64,000 bases of DNA from sequence record MW735835.1; one strand, 5' to 3'. This document shows, in pieces, positions 38,701 to 46,589 of the stretch. Numbering within the stretch: position 1 is the stretch's first letter; every line of letters starts with the position of its first letter. The position numbers were made by a program, and so were the translations under genes. The notes beneath the pieces are model-generated. The model searched no databases and was not told the DNA's origin. It saw only the letters and a list, made by a program, of their open reading frames with translations.

Positions 38701-39322
38701 TGACGCAGAACCTGCTGCCGCTGAAGCTGCATCTGCTGATGCTGACCTGGCTCTGGATGACACTGCTGCTGACGCTACTGGCGATGAGGCTCCGGCCGAA
38801 CCCGCAGAGGCTGACGCAGACCTCGACCTGGATGAAGGTGATGGAACCGGAACTGACACCGACGCAGACAATGCAGGTGCTGGTGACGATCTGGATCTGG
38901 ATGCAGGCACTGAACAACCGGCAGAAAACGAAGGCGCTGAGTCTGAATTGGAAGTAGAGGACGAACCTGAAGCTGCTCCTGAGCCGAAGGAAGACACCCC
39001 TGCTGAACAACCGGCTGAGAGCAACGTAGAACCGGTCACTGAAGAAAACCTCCAGATCAAGGATATCCCGATCGAAGAGGAAGAAGAGCCTGAACTGGAA
39101 GGCGCTGCTGCCACTGACGAACCCGCTGCTCCGGCAGAAGGTACCGACGGTGAACAGCCTGCTGCGGAAGAACCTGAGCCGGAACTGGAGGAGACCCCAG
39201 AAGCCCCGCAGGTAGACGACGAAGCAAACAAGCCAGAAGGTGAGGAAGAAGAGGAAGAGAGCAAGGATAAGTCCGACAAGGACGATCTGGATCTCGACCT
39301 GCCGACTCCTCCTAAGGCGTAA
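35747..39322 (+). CDS. Portal protein (phiKZ gp129-like) with long acidic C-terminal tail
   Basis: About 880-aa folded region (HLPSESVIPIHVPG, FGVGKS, FGLSPE) followed by a D/E/G/A/P low-complexity tail; synteny. Confidence 0.7.
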   Translation: MNDQVRRFPQFAGQRSIPNEVKAAISKLGADPHGSANKRGNMRLPDGRVMAHVANTTIGNIRDARNLFQILPDMDYARQILISATISPGDLTDTKVLYSLADDSLDSNLSGPLLRMVQEFFDNSYRIRPLLHPILNDVMFETGSYPIMMMPESSIDRIINSENYGGVSMESAQQTLDAYMQEETKDGKYIPWGILGNANAAKDNVDSYTGVSFESLTFNGSSYNSAVQTTELKVSFENLLVDNEANKKYRSDLQVQSTEMNKILNSKGSTVDVIDNLTILKRPQIVETRRKLAVRRIYGGKLHQRASLESRAQNGDRDAARNLAAVERSMYQKRRYQHIPVQPIMTHSQTGTETYGHPLVMHLPSESVIPIHVPGNPAEHVGYYVMLDIDGNPISVADQTSYYDDIKSQMNNVDSYASQIIQQARRGFEGMGDFHNEIIDEMGKVYSEAIERDLLARLRAGALSGNYELGKTENINRIMFGRHMKGQKTIMLYVPAELMTYIAFDYNEFGVGKSVLEDGKILGAIRASLMLSNTLATLNNAVGGKTIEIELDPEDEDPVSTVEFMLSEYAKVNAQGFSRIIGSTHPLGLADQIQNHGVNVVVSGNTRYPETKLNVSSRDGTNKPIDSDFEETMRKRHIQMFGLSPEVMEGINQADFATTVVQNNLMLLKRVIMNQEKFEPFLTDFVRRYILNSGTFLEDMRALIIENKTLIPDHIKQDERFKDDEAAQVDAFLFEFIDSLMVGLPSPEVGDIRKAMESFDSYSEALDKVIDAYVNEEMFAADYSVGMEQLIPNIKAVTKAEFQRRWLRKHNVMPELDVFNTVREEDQGPAFDLLGAAEEHLDGLNGSIASYVKRLVKAAKKRAKVLEKLTEEKTELENLKNDAAGAGGDDYGSDAGGGDGGDDLGDGGDAGLDLDGGDAGDGGTDEGGDGLDMDLDGGDGTDTGDAGDGTDGLDLDGGDGADGTDGGESGADAELAALDAGGEGGDAEPAAAEAASADADLALDDTAADATGDEAPAEPAEADADLDLDEGDGTGTDTDADNAGAGDDLDLDAGTEQPAENEGAESELEVEDEPEAAPEPKEDTPAEQPAESNVEPVTEENLQIKDIPIEEEEEPELEGAAATDEPAAPAEGTDGEQPAAEEPEPELEETPEAPQVDDEANKPEGEEEEEESKDKSDKDDLDLDLPTPPKA

Positions 39323-39325
39323 CAG

Positions 39326-39358
39326 CATAGAGCGGGAGCCATTGGCTCCCGCTCTATG
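39326..39358. terminator. CATAGAG-family hairpin between convergent genes
   Basis: catagagcgggagcc-att-ggctcccgctctatg. Confidence 0.75.
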
Positions 39359-39365
39359 TCGCGTG

Positions 39366-40025
39366 TCACAGATCGCCGATATTGGTCGATGGGTACGCTC
39401 GATTCGGACCCCAGATAATGCGGACGGCACCCTTACCACCAGCCGAGTGGTTATACGGGTAGCCAGGACCAGCGTTATAAGAACCACCACCACCACCGAA
39501 GTCACTACCAGTACGAACAGCTGGCCAGTTATAGCCAGCAGGGCGAACGGTGTACTGTGTCCAGGTTTTGATGTTGAAGCCGTATTCGTTGTTGGCGGGG
39601 GCTAGACCACCTGCGTTACCACCACCTATCGAAGGACTGTTAAGGTAAGTAGGTGCTGCATCCATACCCTGGATCTTCCCACCGAGTGGATCTTCCGAAG
39701 AATACCCAAATGCGGTGGCAGGGGAGCCGATGCCGGACACTGCTCCTGCTCCACCACCCGGTGGCACTACGATGGTGTATTTTTCACCTGGGGTAACGGG
39801 GATGTCGTTGATGTACCGGACGTTACCACCTCGTCCGTTATGACACAGTGCAGCACTGGAAGAACTGCGAGCACCACCACCGGCACCGACCATGGCCAAG
39901 CTGATACTGTAGACGTTATCCGGACAAGTCCATTCGAATGTACCTACGGTGGTGAAGTACTGCTGACCATTCACCAGCGTCAGCTTTTTAGCAGGAGGCC
40001 CACCTGCAAGAAGAAAGGTTCTCAC
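39366..40025 (-). CDS. Glycine-rich tail-associated protein
   Basis: Probable GTG start 40025 (MRTFLLAGG); VGAGGG, GGGGG, GGKGAVRIIW are typical of phage glycine-rich tail domains. Confidence 0.7.
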   Translation of the reverse strand: MRTFLLAGGPPAKKLTLVNGQQYFTTVGTFEWTCPDNVYSISLAMVGAGGGARSSSSAALCHNGRGGNVRYINDIPVTPGEKYTIVVPPGGGAGAVSGIGSPATAFGYSSEDPLGGKIQGMDAAPTYLNSPSIGGGNAGGLAPANNEYGFNIKTWTQYTVRPAGYNWPAVRTGSDFGGGGGSYNAGPGYPYNHSAGGKGAVRIIWGPNRAYPSTNIGDL

Positions 40026-40059
40026 GTTGTGATCTCTCAATCAGTTAAAAAAGGTCGTA

Positions 40060-40067
40060 CATAGGAT
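40060..40067 (-). promoter_or_regulatory. Putative late promoter ATCCTATG
   Basis: cataggat on the plus strand, upstream of the glycine-rich tail gene. Confidence 0.5.
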
Positions 40068-40255
40068 TTCCCCGTAATTTATTCCGGGTGGGGGTAATCC
40101 TCTGAATAAATTCGAAATGCTATAAAAAGCATTGTCGGAGCCTGCGTAGACAATGCGCTAGCGGAGGAGCGAAGCGACGACTTCTTCTATTCTTTTCTGT
40201 GGGACGCGAGTCCGAGTACAGTATGAAGTACTCCTAGGCTCATCTGGACGTGACT

Positions 40256-40465
40256 ATGGACATCAAACTGTTTTCTGACGTAGCGTTGTTTCTGGCATTG
40301 TTGGTCTCTACAGTGACCATCAGTCATTGTGCAGGTTTCGTGAAGCATAACAACATCCAACCGATCAAGATCCATCTGGATGCAATCGAGATGTTGAACA
40401 TCGTATTGACCCTGACGATTGCAGCAAAGATCGGTATCCAGGTATGGAATTGGAGTAATCCCTGA
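40256..40465 (+). CDS. Small two-helix membrane protein
   Basis: Two hydrophobic segments; stop overlaps the next start. Confidence 0.55.
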   Translation: MDIKLFSDVALFLALLVSTVTISHCAGFVKHNNIQPIKIHLDAIEMLNIVLTLTIAAKIGIQVWNWSNP

Positions 40466-40680
40466 TGTACACCCTTGCGTTGATGGTCATTGCCCTGTGC
40501 TTAGTGTTTTCGATCATCGTGACTTTCGATGTCCACCACAAGTTGAGTTACACCAGTATCCGAGATCACCGTAAGGTCTTGAGGCTGGCAGGGACGGTGC
40601 AGATCTTGATCCTCCTGTGGATCATTGGTGTCATCCTGTATCGCCACGTGCGCATTGTGAACGGATGGTGGCCACTATGA
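40465..40680 (+). CDS. Small two-helix membrane protein
   Basis: Two transmembrane segments; TGATG and ATGA overlaps with neighbours. Confidence 0.6.
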   Translation: MYTLALMVIALCLVFSIIVTFDVHHKLSYTSIRDHRKVLRLAGTVQILILLWIIGVILYRHVRIVNGWWPL

Positions 40681-40898
40681 GCGAGATCTCTGAGAAAGCC
40701 CAACTGGAAGCGGATCTGGCGTACATCGATGCTATCTTGATTGCCATTGATGATGCAGCAGAGAAACGTCAACAGGCCCTCCATACGAAGCATAAGGACT
40801 ACCTGTCACCTTCTGTCGTAGAAGCCCGGAATACCCTGTCTATCCGTCGGGTAGGGATCGCGGCTAAGCTGCAACGGATCAAGCTCATCGGGCGTTAG
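40677..40898 (+). CDS. Small helical hypothetical protein
   Basis: ATGA overlap with the previous gene. Confidence 0.55.
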   Translation: MSEISEKAQLEADLAYIDAILIAIDDAAEKRQQALHTKHKDYLSPSVVEARNTLSIRRVGIAAKLQRIKLIGR

Positions 40899-41086
40899 AT
40901 AGAGGGGTGGAAATCTCAGCTAACTCCCCCAAGACGGATAAGCAAAAATCAAAGCGTAGCAGGGGGCTTTTCCCTGCTTATGCTCCGCGTCACCGTGAAA
41001 TTCGGGGAGGACGGAAGCTGCATCTAGTTATATAGCTTTTAGACACCCTATTTATATCGGGATTAAGAATTCCATCCGAATCAATT

Positions 41087-41101
41087 ATAACGATACATCA
41101 T
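41087..41101 (+). promoter_or_regulatory. Putative phage promoter ATAACGATACATCAT
   Basis: First 12 nt identical to the motif at 12495. Confidence 0.5.
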
Positions 41102-41156
41102 TAACATGAAGTGGCGTCACTTCTTCGCCCTAATCTTCCAACTTACTGGAGGCATA

Positions 41157-41360
41157 ATGAAACCGTATATCTGGATAGTCCTCATCATCGGCGCTATCTT
41201 CTTCTTTTCGGGATGTCTCCTCGGCCGTGCTGAAGGTGGGGAGGCAGAACGGCAAGTGACTGTTCGCGAGATGGTGACCTTTACGTTTATCGTTAATGGC
41301 GGAACGACCATGGCGCTGGGTCTGATATGGATGATCACCTTCCATGTTCAAACTGGCTAA
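41157..41360 (+). CDS. Small membrane protein
   Basis: GGAGG RBS; two hydrophobic helices. Confidence 0.6.
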   Translation: MKPYIWIVLIIGAIFFFSGCLLGRAEGGEAERQVTVREMVTFTFIVNGGTTMALGLIWMITFHVQTG

Positions 41361-41519
41361 ATGGTAAATAAATACTAGGTCGGGTAATGATGTAGGGGAA
41401 GGGTACCAGCATCCCCGGGACAGACCAGGCGCGCGGTTAGGCAACGGCCACCGCCCCTGGCTGTCAGCTATGCCGCGTGACAGGTAGTCTACACTAACGA
41501 TGCACTATGGGGACTCGTC

Positions 41520-41714
41520 ATGAGTGAAGCCGTAGCACTGCTCCGTCGTTCTACCGAGACAAAGCAAGATACCCTGGACCTCCATTCACCGGAGATAGAG
41601 GCTAAGAACCGTGAGGCACTCCTGCTGGTCAGGAAACTACTTCGCGATTCAGTGGTCATGCCAGTGAATGAGATCGTGCTGCACAGGCTTTACCAACCCG
41701 AGTTGATTGCGTAA
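41520..41714 (+). CDS. Small hypothetical protein
   Basis: GGGGA RBS; 64 aa. Confidence 0.5.
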   Translation: MSEAVALLRRSTETKQDTLDLHSPEIEAKNREALLLVRKLLRDSVVMPVNEIVLHRLYQPELIA

Positions 41715-41851
41715 CCGCTACACCACTAAAACTCTTTACTATGCTGCTGCTCCTTCAGCATTAACCCGTAGCCGACATTGTCGGTCCTACCCAGAGCCTC
41801 CCATAGGGCTCTGGGTAGGGGGTCTATTCCCTTTGACCATGAGAGGTAACC

Positions 41852-42229
41852 ATGAAGTTCCTACGTAGACTGTACGCTCGAATCTGTCACCGCATCACCG
41901 GTGAGATGCCCACCCTGTACGAAGGCTATATGTACGGCATGGGTTTCACGCCTCCGAACTTCCTGATCCGTTTCAGACCAGGCTGTCCCTTTGTCAAGAA
42001 CAACGTCCCTGTCTCCCTCAACCATCAGGTGATCCACCTCAGCTATTACGATCAGAACGGTCTGGGGGATTTCTCCTACGTCATGACACTCAAAGACGAG
42101 CAAGATCGTCTCATCAAGATCCGTACCGGTAAGAAAGAGATCGGAGACATCGGCATCGAGTTCGTCCCGTTCTATGACATCTTCATCCGGCCTGGGCTTG
42201 CTCAGCCGATAGAGTCTATCGAGAGCTAG
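41852..42229 (+). CDS. Hypothetical protein
   Basis: GAGG RBS; followed by a terminator. Confidence 0.6.
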   Translation: MKFLRRLYARICHRITGEMPTLYEGYMYGMGFTPPNFLIRFRPGCPFVKNNVPVSLNHQVIHLSYYDQNGLGDFSYVMTLKDEQDRLIKIRTGKKEIGDIGIEFVPFYDIFIRPGLAQPIESIES

Positions 42230-42245
42230 GGGATATCCCCTAGCT
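42224..42245 (+). terminator. Intrinsic terminator
   Basis: agctaggggat|atcccctagct followed by a long T-tract. Confidence 0.75.
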
Positions 42246-42284
42246 TCTTTTTTCTTTGTCAGAAAGTCGATTCGAATATTTTTC

Positions 42285-42297
42285 AGCAATACATAGT
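42285..42297 (+). promoter_or_regulatory. Putative phage promoter AGCAATACATAGT
   Basis: AGCAATACAT identical to the motif at 23161. Confidence 0.45.
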
Positions 42298-42355
42298 ACT
42301 GGTGATCCACTGGAATAATCCATTGGTTAACCATGTACTGAACTGGAGATACATC

Positions 42356-42880
42356 ATGCTGAAGAATGTCCTGGGTGTTGCTGCTGTTGCTGGCGTAGCT
42401 TTCGTTGGTTACAAAGCCATTCGCCACTTCAAGAAAGACAGCCCTGCCGAGCTGCAAGTGTCGGCAAAGGAAGCAGTTGATAACGCACTGAAGGGCGTGC
42501 GTGAAGACCTGGCCAAGCCGGCTCCGGCCAAGTCCGATCTGCACCAGACCTTCGAGGCCTACTACGCCACCATCGCCACGTCGATTGGTTTCGAGCAGTC
42601 CTGGAAGAACGGCACCGACTACCTGAACGGTGCCATCAAGAACGTGAAGCTGGAAGATGGCAAGCTGGCCAAGTCGATCGACGATCACGGTCGTCGCATC
42701 ATCCTGATCGGCACTCAACACGGCACCATCGTGCTGTTCGAGCGTTTCAGCCCGCAAGTCCCCAACCAGCCGTTCGTCGTGGTTCACAACGAGCCACGTG
42801 AGCTGATCAACGACATCCCGCGCAGCAACCTGACCATGGAACAATTCGTTTCCGTGGTCGGCACGTTCGCAAAGCGTTAA
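42356..42880 (+). CDS. N-terminally membrane-anchored hypothetical protein
   Basis: GGAG RBS; MLKNVLGVAAVAGVAFVGYK anchor. Confidence 0.7.
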   Translation: MLKNVLGVAAVAGVAFVGYKAIRHFKKDSPAELQVSAKEAVDNALKGVREDLAKPAPAKSDLHQTFEAYYATIATSIGFEQSWKNGTDYLNGAIKNVKLEDGKLAKSIDDHGRRIILIGTQHGTIVLFERFSPQVPNQPFVVVHNEPRELINDIPRSNLTMEQFVSVVGTFAKR

Positions 42881-42983
42881 TGATGAAGGGCTGGGGTCAC
42901 ACCCAGCCCCATCACTTAGTTTCATTCCGAGAGTGAGACTAAGTGATGGACCGTGTACCCACAATCCCAACTGGAGATAGAAC

Positions 42984-43184
42984 ATGACTAAGTTCTTCAG
43001 GTTGGTAAATGGTGAGTACCTTCCCATGAGTACTAGCGAGCTTAGGTTCTACCCGCTAGTGAAGTTTCTGAAGGAAACCTTTTACCAACTTCCCGACGGC
43101 CAAATGGTCAAGTCGGCTGTCGTACCAACCGAGTATCCCGAACTCATCGACGAGTTCACCAGCGCCCTCATGGCGTCTGAATAA
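42984..43184 (+). CDS. Small hypothetical protein
   Basis: GGAG RBS; 66 aa. Confidence 0.55.
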   Translation: MTKFFRLVNGEYLPMSTSELRFYPLVKFLKETFYQLPDGQMVKSAVVPTEYPELIDEFTSALMASE

Positions 43185-43206
43185 CCCTGTTCTTAGGAGA
43201 ACAATC

Positions 43207-43770
43207 ATGAAAGTTTCCAAAGCCCCGGTTACCTCCACTGTAGCCGCCCTGATGTCCGCTGCCCGTGTTACTGAACCGACGCGCGTTGAGTGGGGCAGTG
43301 GTACCCGCGTTGAGTTCAAGCGCGGTAACAACCATTCTGGCATCGCCCTGAAATACGTGATGGACGACTACGATCGCGAAAGCATCTGGTTGTCTTCCGA
43401 ATGGAGCGATCTGGATAGCGACAAACAAGACCTGGTGCTGGCTGCGGCTATCAAGCTCGGCTACACCTGCTTCATGGTCAACAAGGACCTGGTCTCCATC
43501 ATCTCCTCGATCCACACCGTGATCATCGAGCCGGATGTGAGCGTCAAGTCCAAACCCCGTCATGCCACTTCCTGGGAGAACGCTCAGGAGTACGGCCTGT
43601 CGGGTTATCGCAAGAACGCCGATCGCCGTGTCGAGACCAAAGTCGAAACCGGCCCGGTCACCGTCAGCACCAACGTGAAAGTCACCGGTAAGGGTCTGAT
43701 GATCGGTCTGGGTGTCCTGGCTGTAGGCCTGGGCATCTGCGCCATCGCAGCCTCTGTATCCGACAACTGA
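43207..43770 (+). CDS. C-terminally membrane-anchored hypothetical protein
   Basis: AGGAG RBS; ends GLMIGLGVLAVGLGICAIAASVSDN. Confidence 0.7.
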   Translation: MKVSKAPVTSTVAALMSAARVTEPTRVEWGSGTRVEFKRGNNHSGIALKYVMDDYDRESIWLSSEWSDLDSDKQDLVLAAAIKLGYTCFMVNKDLVSIISSIHTVIIEPDVSVKSKPRHATSWENAQEYGLSGYRKNADRRVETKVETGPVTVSTNVKVTGKGLMIGLGVLAVGLGICAIAASVSDN

Positions 43771-43801
43771 TCCATAACCCCGTCCCATTAGGAGAGACAC
43801 C

Positions 43802-44080
43802 ATGCAACAAGCCCAAGCCGCCAAGAAAGAATACCACGACGCCAACGGCAAGTTCTTCACCCGTCGTGAGACCCCCGACATGGTCTACTGGGAACTGTGC
43901 CGTTACGGTTCCTCGGTGTCCGATGCCCAAGCGGTAGAAGACATCAAGAAGAACGGCTACAAGCGTGTGGAAACCCGTGGCCAGAACGATCACGTCTACG
44001 TGAAAGTCTCGGTGCTGCTGGCCACCACTGCGAAAGACGAAGTGCTGAAAGAAATCAACGCCCACATGGGCATCCAGTAA
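43802..44080 (+). CDS. Small hypothetical protein
   Basis: AGGAG RBS; strong codon bias. Confidence 0.65.
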   Translation: MQQAQAAKKEYHDANGKFFTRRETPDMVYWELCRYGSSVSDAQAVEDIKKNGYKRVETRGQNDHVYVKVSVLLATTAKDEVLKEINAHMGIQ

Positions 44081-44156
44081 GCGTTGAGTCTCTCAGAGGG
44101 GTTCGTAAGAGCCCCTCTCGGAGAAACAACCCATAACCTAATCTTGGAGATACACC

Positions 44157-44579
44157 ATGTCTTATTACACCTACCAGCTGAACCCTGGTGCTGAATCCGC
44201 CGTCAAAGCCGTCACCCATGATGGCAAGCGCGGTACCGTAGAAGCTGGTCTGTGGGTCGATTACGAAGTCGCTGGTGACACGATGGTGGTCAAAGCCATC
44301 GCCAGCGGTATCCTCCCACCTGTAACCATCACCCGCTTCACTTCCTTCAATCGCCTGGCCCAAGGCGATCAAGGAGTGATCGCCGTAGTGGCAAAATCCC
44401 TCAACATGAAGAAGATCAAAGTCGGCTCCGACACTGTCCACCTGGTGGATTCTGCGGCAGAATCGGACAAGGTCTTCAGCAAAATCAAACGTGACAGTGC
44501 ACTGAAGACTCTGGGCGTTCTGGCCGGGGTTGCCGTAGTCATCGGCGTTGGTTCCTGGCTGTCCAACCGTAACAACTAA
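44157..44579 (+). CDS. C-terminally membrane-anchored hypothetical protein
   Basis: GGAG RBS; ends LGVLAGVAVVIGVGSWLSNRNN. Confidence 0.7.
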   Translation: MSYYTYQLNPGAESAVKAVTHDGKRGTVEAGLWVDYEVAGDTMVVKAIASGILPPVTITRFTSFNRLAQGDQGVIAVVAKSLNMKKIKVGSDTVHLVDSAAESDKVFSKIKRDSALKTLGVLAGVAVVIGVGSWLSNRNN

Positions 44580-44603
44580 CCACACCTGAAAGGAGGAGTG
44601 GCC

Positions 44604-44825
44604 ATGTCTAGCATCAACAAGCAAATCATCGCCACTCGTCTCCGTGTGGCCAAGAACTTCAATCTCCTGATCGGCGCTGGCGTTGACAGCATGGTCGCCG
44701 CGGAGATTGTCAGTAAGCACAACAACCTGGCCTTCAACGACATCCGTGTCGCTGACGACCGCATCGTAATCGAATACAAGACCTGTACTTCCAAACACAG
44801 TGTCGATTTCCCTATCGCTGCATAA
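44604..44825 (+). CDS. Small hypothetical protein
   Basis: AGGAGG RBS before ATG 44604. Confidence 0.6.
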   Translation: MSSINKQIIATRLRVAKNFNLLIGAGVDSMVAAEIVSKHNNLAFNDIRVADDRIVIEYKTCTSKHSVDFPIAA

Positions 44826-44836
44826 GGAGCAATACC

Positions 44837-45004
44837 ATGGATAAGAAAGAAGTTGCGCTGTACGTTGGAGCTGCTGTTGTTGGTACTATCATCGGTACCG
44901 TCACTGGCAACTGGCTGAGCAAGAAACTGTTCCACCCGCTGATGTGCGATTGCGACAAGTGCAAAGCTGAGAACGATGCGCTGGCTGCCAAAGGCAACAA
45001 GTAA
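44837..45004 (+). CDS. 55-aa membrane-anchored protein with a CxCxxC motif (absent from the ORF track)
   Basis: Read manually: MDKKEVALYVGAAVVGTIIGTVTGNWLSKKLFHPLMCDCDKCKAENDALAAKGNK; AAGGAG RBS. Confidence 0.65.
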   Translation: MDKKEVALYVGAAVVGTIIGTVTGNWLSKKLFHPLMCDCDKCKAENDALAAKGNK

Positions 45005-45009
45005 GACAG

Positions 45010-45038
45010 CATAAGAGGGAGGGCAACCTCCCTCTATC
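45010..45038 (+). terminator. CATA-AGAG-family hairpin
   Basis: cataagagggaggg-caa-cctcccctctat. Confidence 0.6.
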
Positions 45039-45071
45039 CTCTCATCTCATTTTATCTTTGGAGGATCTGGC

Positions 45072-45809
45072 ATGAGCGAGATCTTGGTTGTAGAACTTCG
45101 TCGAGGTAAGCTTGGCAAAGAAGAACAACTGTTGGTCGATATGGCCAATGAATTGGGTATCGAGGTACAGACCACGTACGAGAAAGTGGTCTCTCGTAAC
45201 CAATTCGCCTTCAACGAGAATCACATCGTTGCGGGTGGGGTGCAATTTATCAAACATGCGCTCCGGGCCTACGGTAAAGAGTTGCCAGTTGAGAACTCTT
45301 ATCCGGAATGCTTGCACAAGTACTTGAAACGTGAAGTGAGGAAGGTTCGCACTCTGCGCGAAGCCAAGGCGATGCTCGATGAGGGCAGAACACTCTTCAT
45401 CAAACCGTGCAACATAAAGCGATTCACAGGCTTCGTCACCTGCGATCGAAACGACTTCCGGTTTAATGGCGCATCGGATCAAACGCCGGTGTGGATTTCC
45501 GAACCGGTGCAGTTCGACAGTGAATGGCGCTGTTATGTGGCCAACGGTATCATCGTGGGCGTGGAGTTCACTGACAATAGCGGTATGATTTCAGTCAAGC
45601 CTCACGTAGGCGTCATCTACGATGCCGTGCGGATCTTGACGGAGAATGGTGGTCATGCGGGTTATGCCATTGATTTCGGTGTCCTGAAGAACGGCCAGAC
45701 TGTGTTGGTTGAACTCAACGACGGTTTCTCCATAGGTGCCTACGGTGACATAGACCCAGAAGCGTACTGGGAAGTCATCCGTCAACGCTGGAAAGAGATG
45801 ATCCGCTAG
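45072..45809 (+). CDS. ATP-grasp protein, R2K/DUF4343-like
   Basis: FIKP, ISEPVQFDSEWRCYV, YAIDFG, LVELNDGFS-G-YG motifs. Confidence 0.75.
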   Translation: MSEILVVELRRGKLGKEEQLLVDMANELGIEVQTTYEKVVSRNQFAFNENHIVAGGVQFIKHALRAYGKELPVENSYPECLHKYLKREVRKVRTLREAKAMLDEGRTLFIKPCNIKRFTGFVTCDRNDFRFNGASDQTPVWISEPVQFDSEWRCYVANGIIVGVEFTDNSGMISVKPHVGVIYDAVRILTENGGHAGYAIDFGVLKNGQTVLVELNDGFSIGAYGDIDPEAYWEVIRQRWKEMIR

Positions 45810-45813
45810 ACGG

Positions 45814-45861
45814 CATAAGAGGGAGCCCTAGGGCTCCCTCTAGCTTTCTTTTTTCTTTTTT
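45814..45861. terminator. Bidirectional terminator
   Basis: cataagagggagccc-ta-gggctccctctag plus T-tract, between the convergent ATP-grasp and endolysin genes. Confidence 0.7.
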
Positions 45862-45863
45862 GC

Positions 45864-46589
45864 TTACGCGATGCGCAGGTTGCTCGGATGCAGACCTTCC
45901 ACCAACTTCTGCTCGACCTTGGCCGCAGCTTCCGCTTTGGTGATCAGACCGTCCTTGTTTGCATCCAGGCCCTTGTTCTGCATGTAGGCTTTGGACTTGG
46001 CGTTCGCTTCGCTGAACAGCACGTAGTCTTCAGGCTTACCGACAGCAACCGGGTAGAGGATGCGCATGTAGACGTCGGAAAGGGTCTGCAACTTGCCTGC
46101 GTAGGGCTTGAAGAAGTTGTAGACGTAGGTCAGCTGTTCTTCAGCGGTCATCTTCAGAAGCTTGGCCACGGTGGTGCCAGCATCCTTAGCGGCCGCATCG
46201 CCGAACTGGATGATGCCGTAGTACGGAGCACCCGCGCCGTTCTTGATGGTCGGGGAGAACGTACCGCCGGTCTCGAACGCCATGCAGGCCATCAACTGAT
46301 CCTGACCCTGCCAGCCCATCTTCAGCTTCTGGGCGATCTCGCCAGTCTTGAAGCAGAAGTCCAGGGACACCCGTTCAGACCACGCAGGAGCCTTGCAGTA
46401 AGCGAAAAGCAGGACACCAATACCATCGGGTGCATTCGACGGTTTGGACATCGTGGAGGCCTTCCTACGGGCGTTCAGGAACGCCCCGTGAGATGCCGGA
46501 CCCCACAGGCCGTCAATGACGCCGGTGTAGAGGCCCATGGCCTTCATGTTGCGCTGAAGTTCCTTCAGCTGTTCCTTAGTTGCTGCCAT
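45864..46589 (-). CDS. Endolysin (N-terminal peptidoglycan-binding domain plus lysozyme/transglycosylase-like domain)
   Basis: LQRNMKAMGLYTGVIDGLWGPAS (PG-binding); MAFETGGTFSP with catalytic Glu, YGIIQF, AEEQLTYV; start ATG 46589. Confidence 0.85.
   Translation of the reverse strand: MAATKEQLKELQRNMKAMGLYTGVIDGLWGPASHGAFLNARRKASTMSKPSNAPDGIGVLLFAYCKAPAWSERVSLDFCFKTGEIAQKLKMGWQGQDQLMACMAFETGGTFSPTIKNGAGAPYYGIIQFGDAAAKDAGTTVAKLLKMTAEEQLTYVYNFFKPYAGKLQTLSDVYMRILYPVAVGKPEDYVLFSEANAKSKAYMQNKGLDANKDGLITKAEAAAKVEQKLVEGLHPSNLRIA

Noticed and set aside
36137-39505. 1122-aa ORF antisense to the portal, and a 317-aa Ser-rich ORF over the acidic tail
   Set aside because: Shadow frames of the biased, low-complexity portal sequence.
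40041-42350. tRNA or other known ncRNA in the AT-rich gaps
   Set aside because: No T-arm GTTCRA with a cloverleaf context was found by eye; tRNAscan/Infernal would be needed to exclude it fully.
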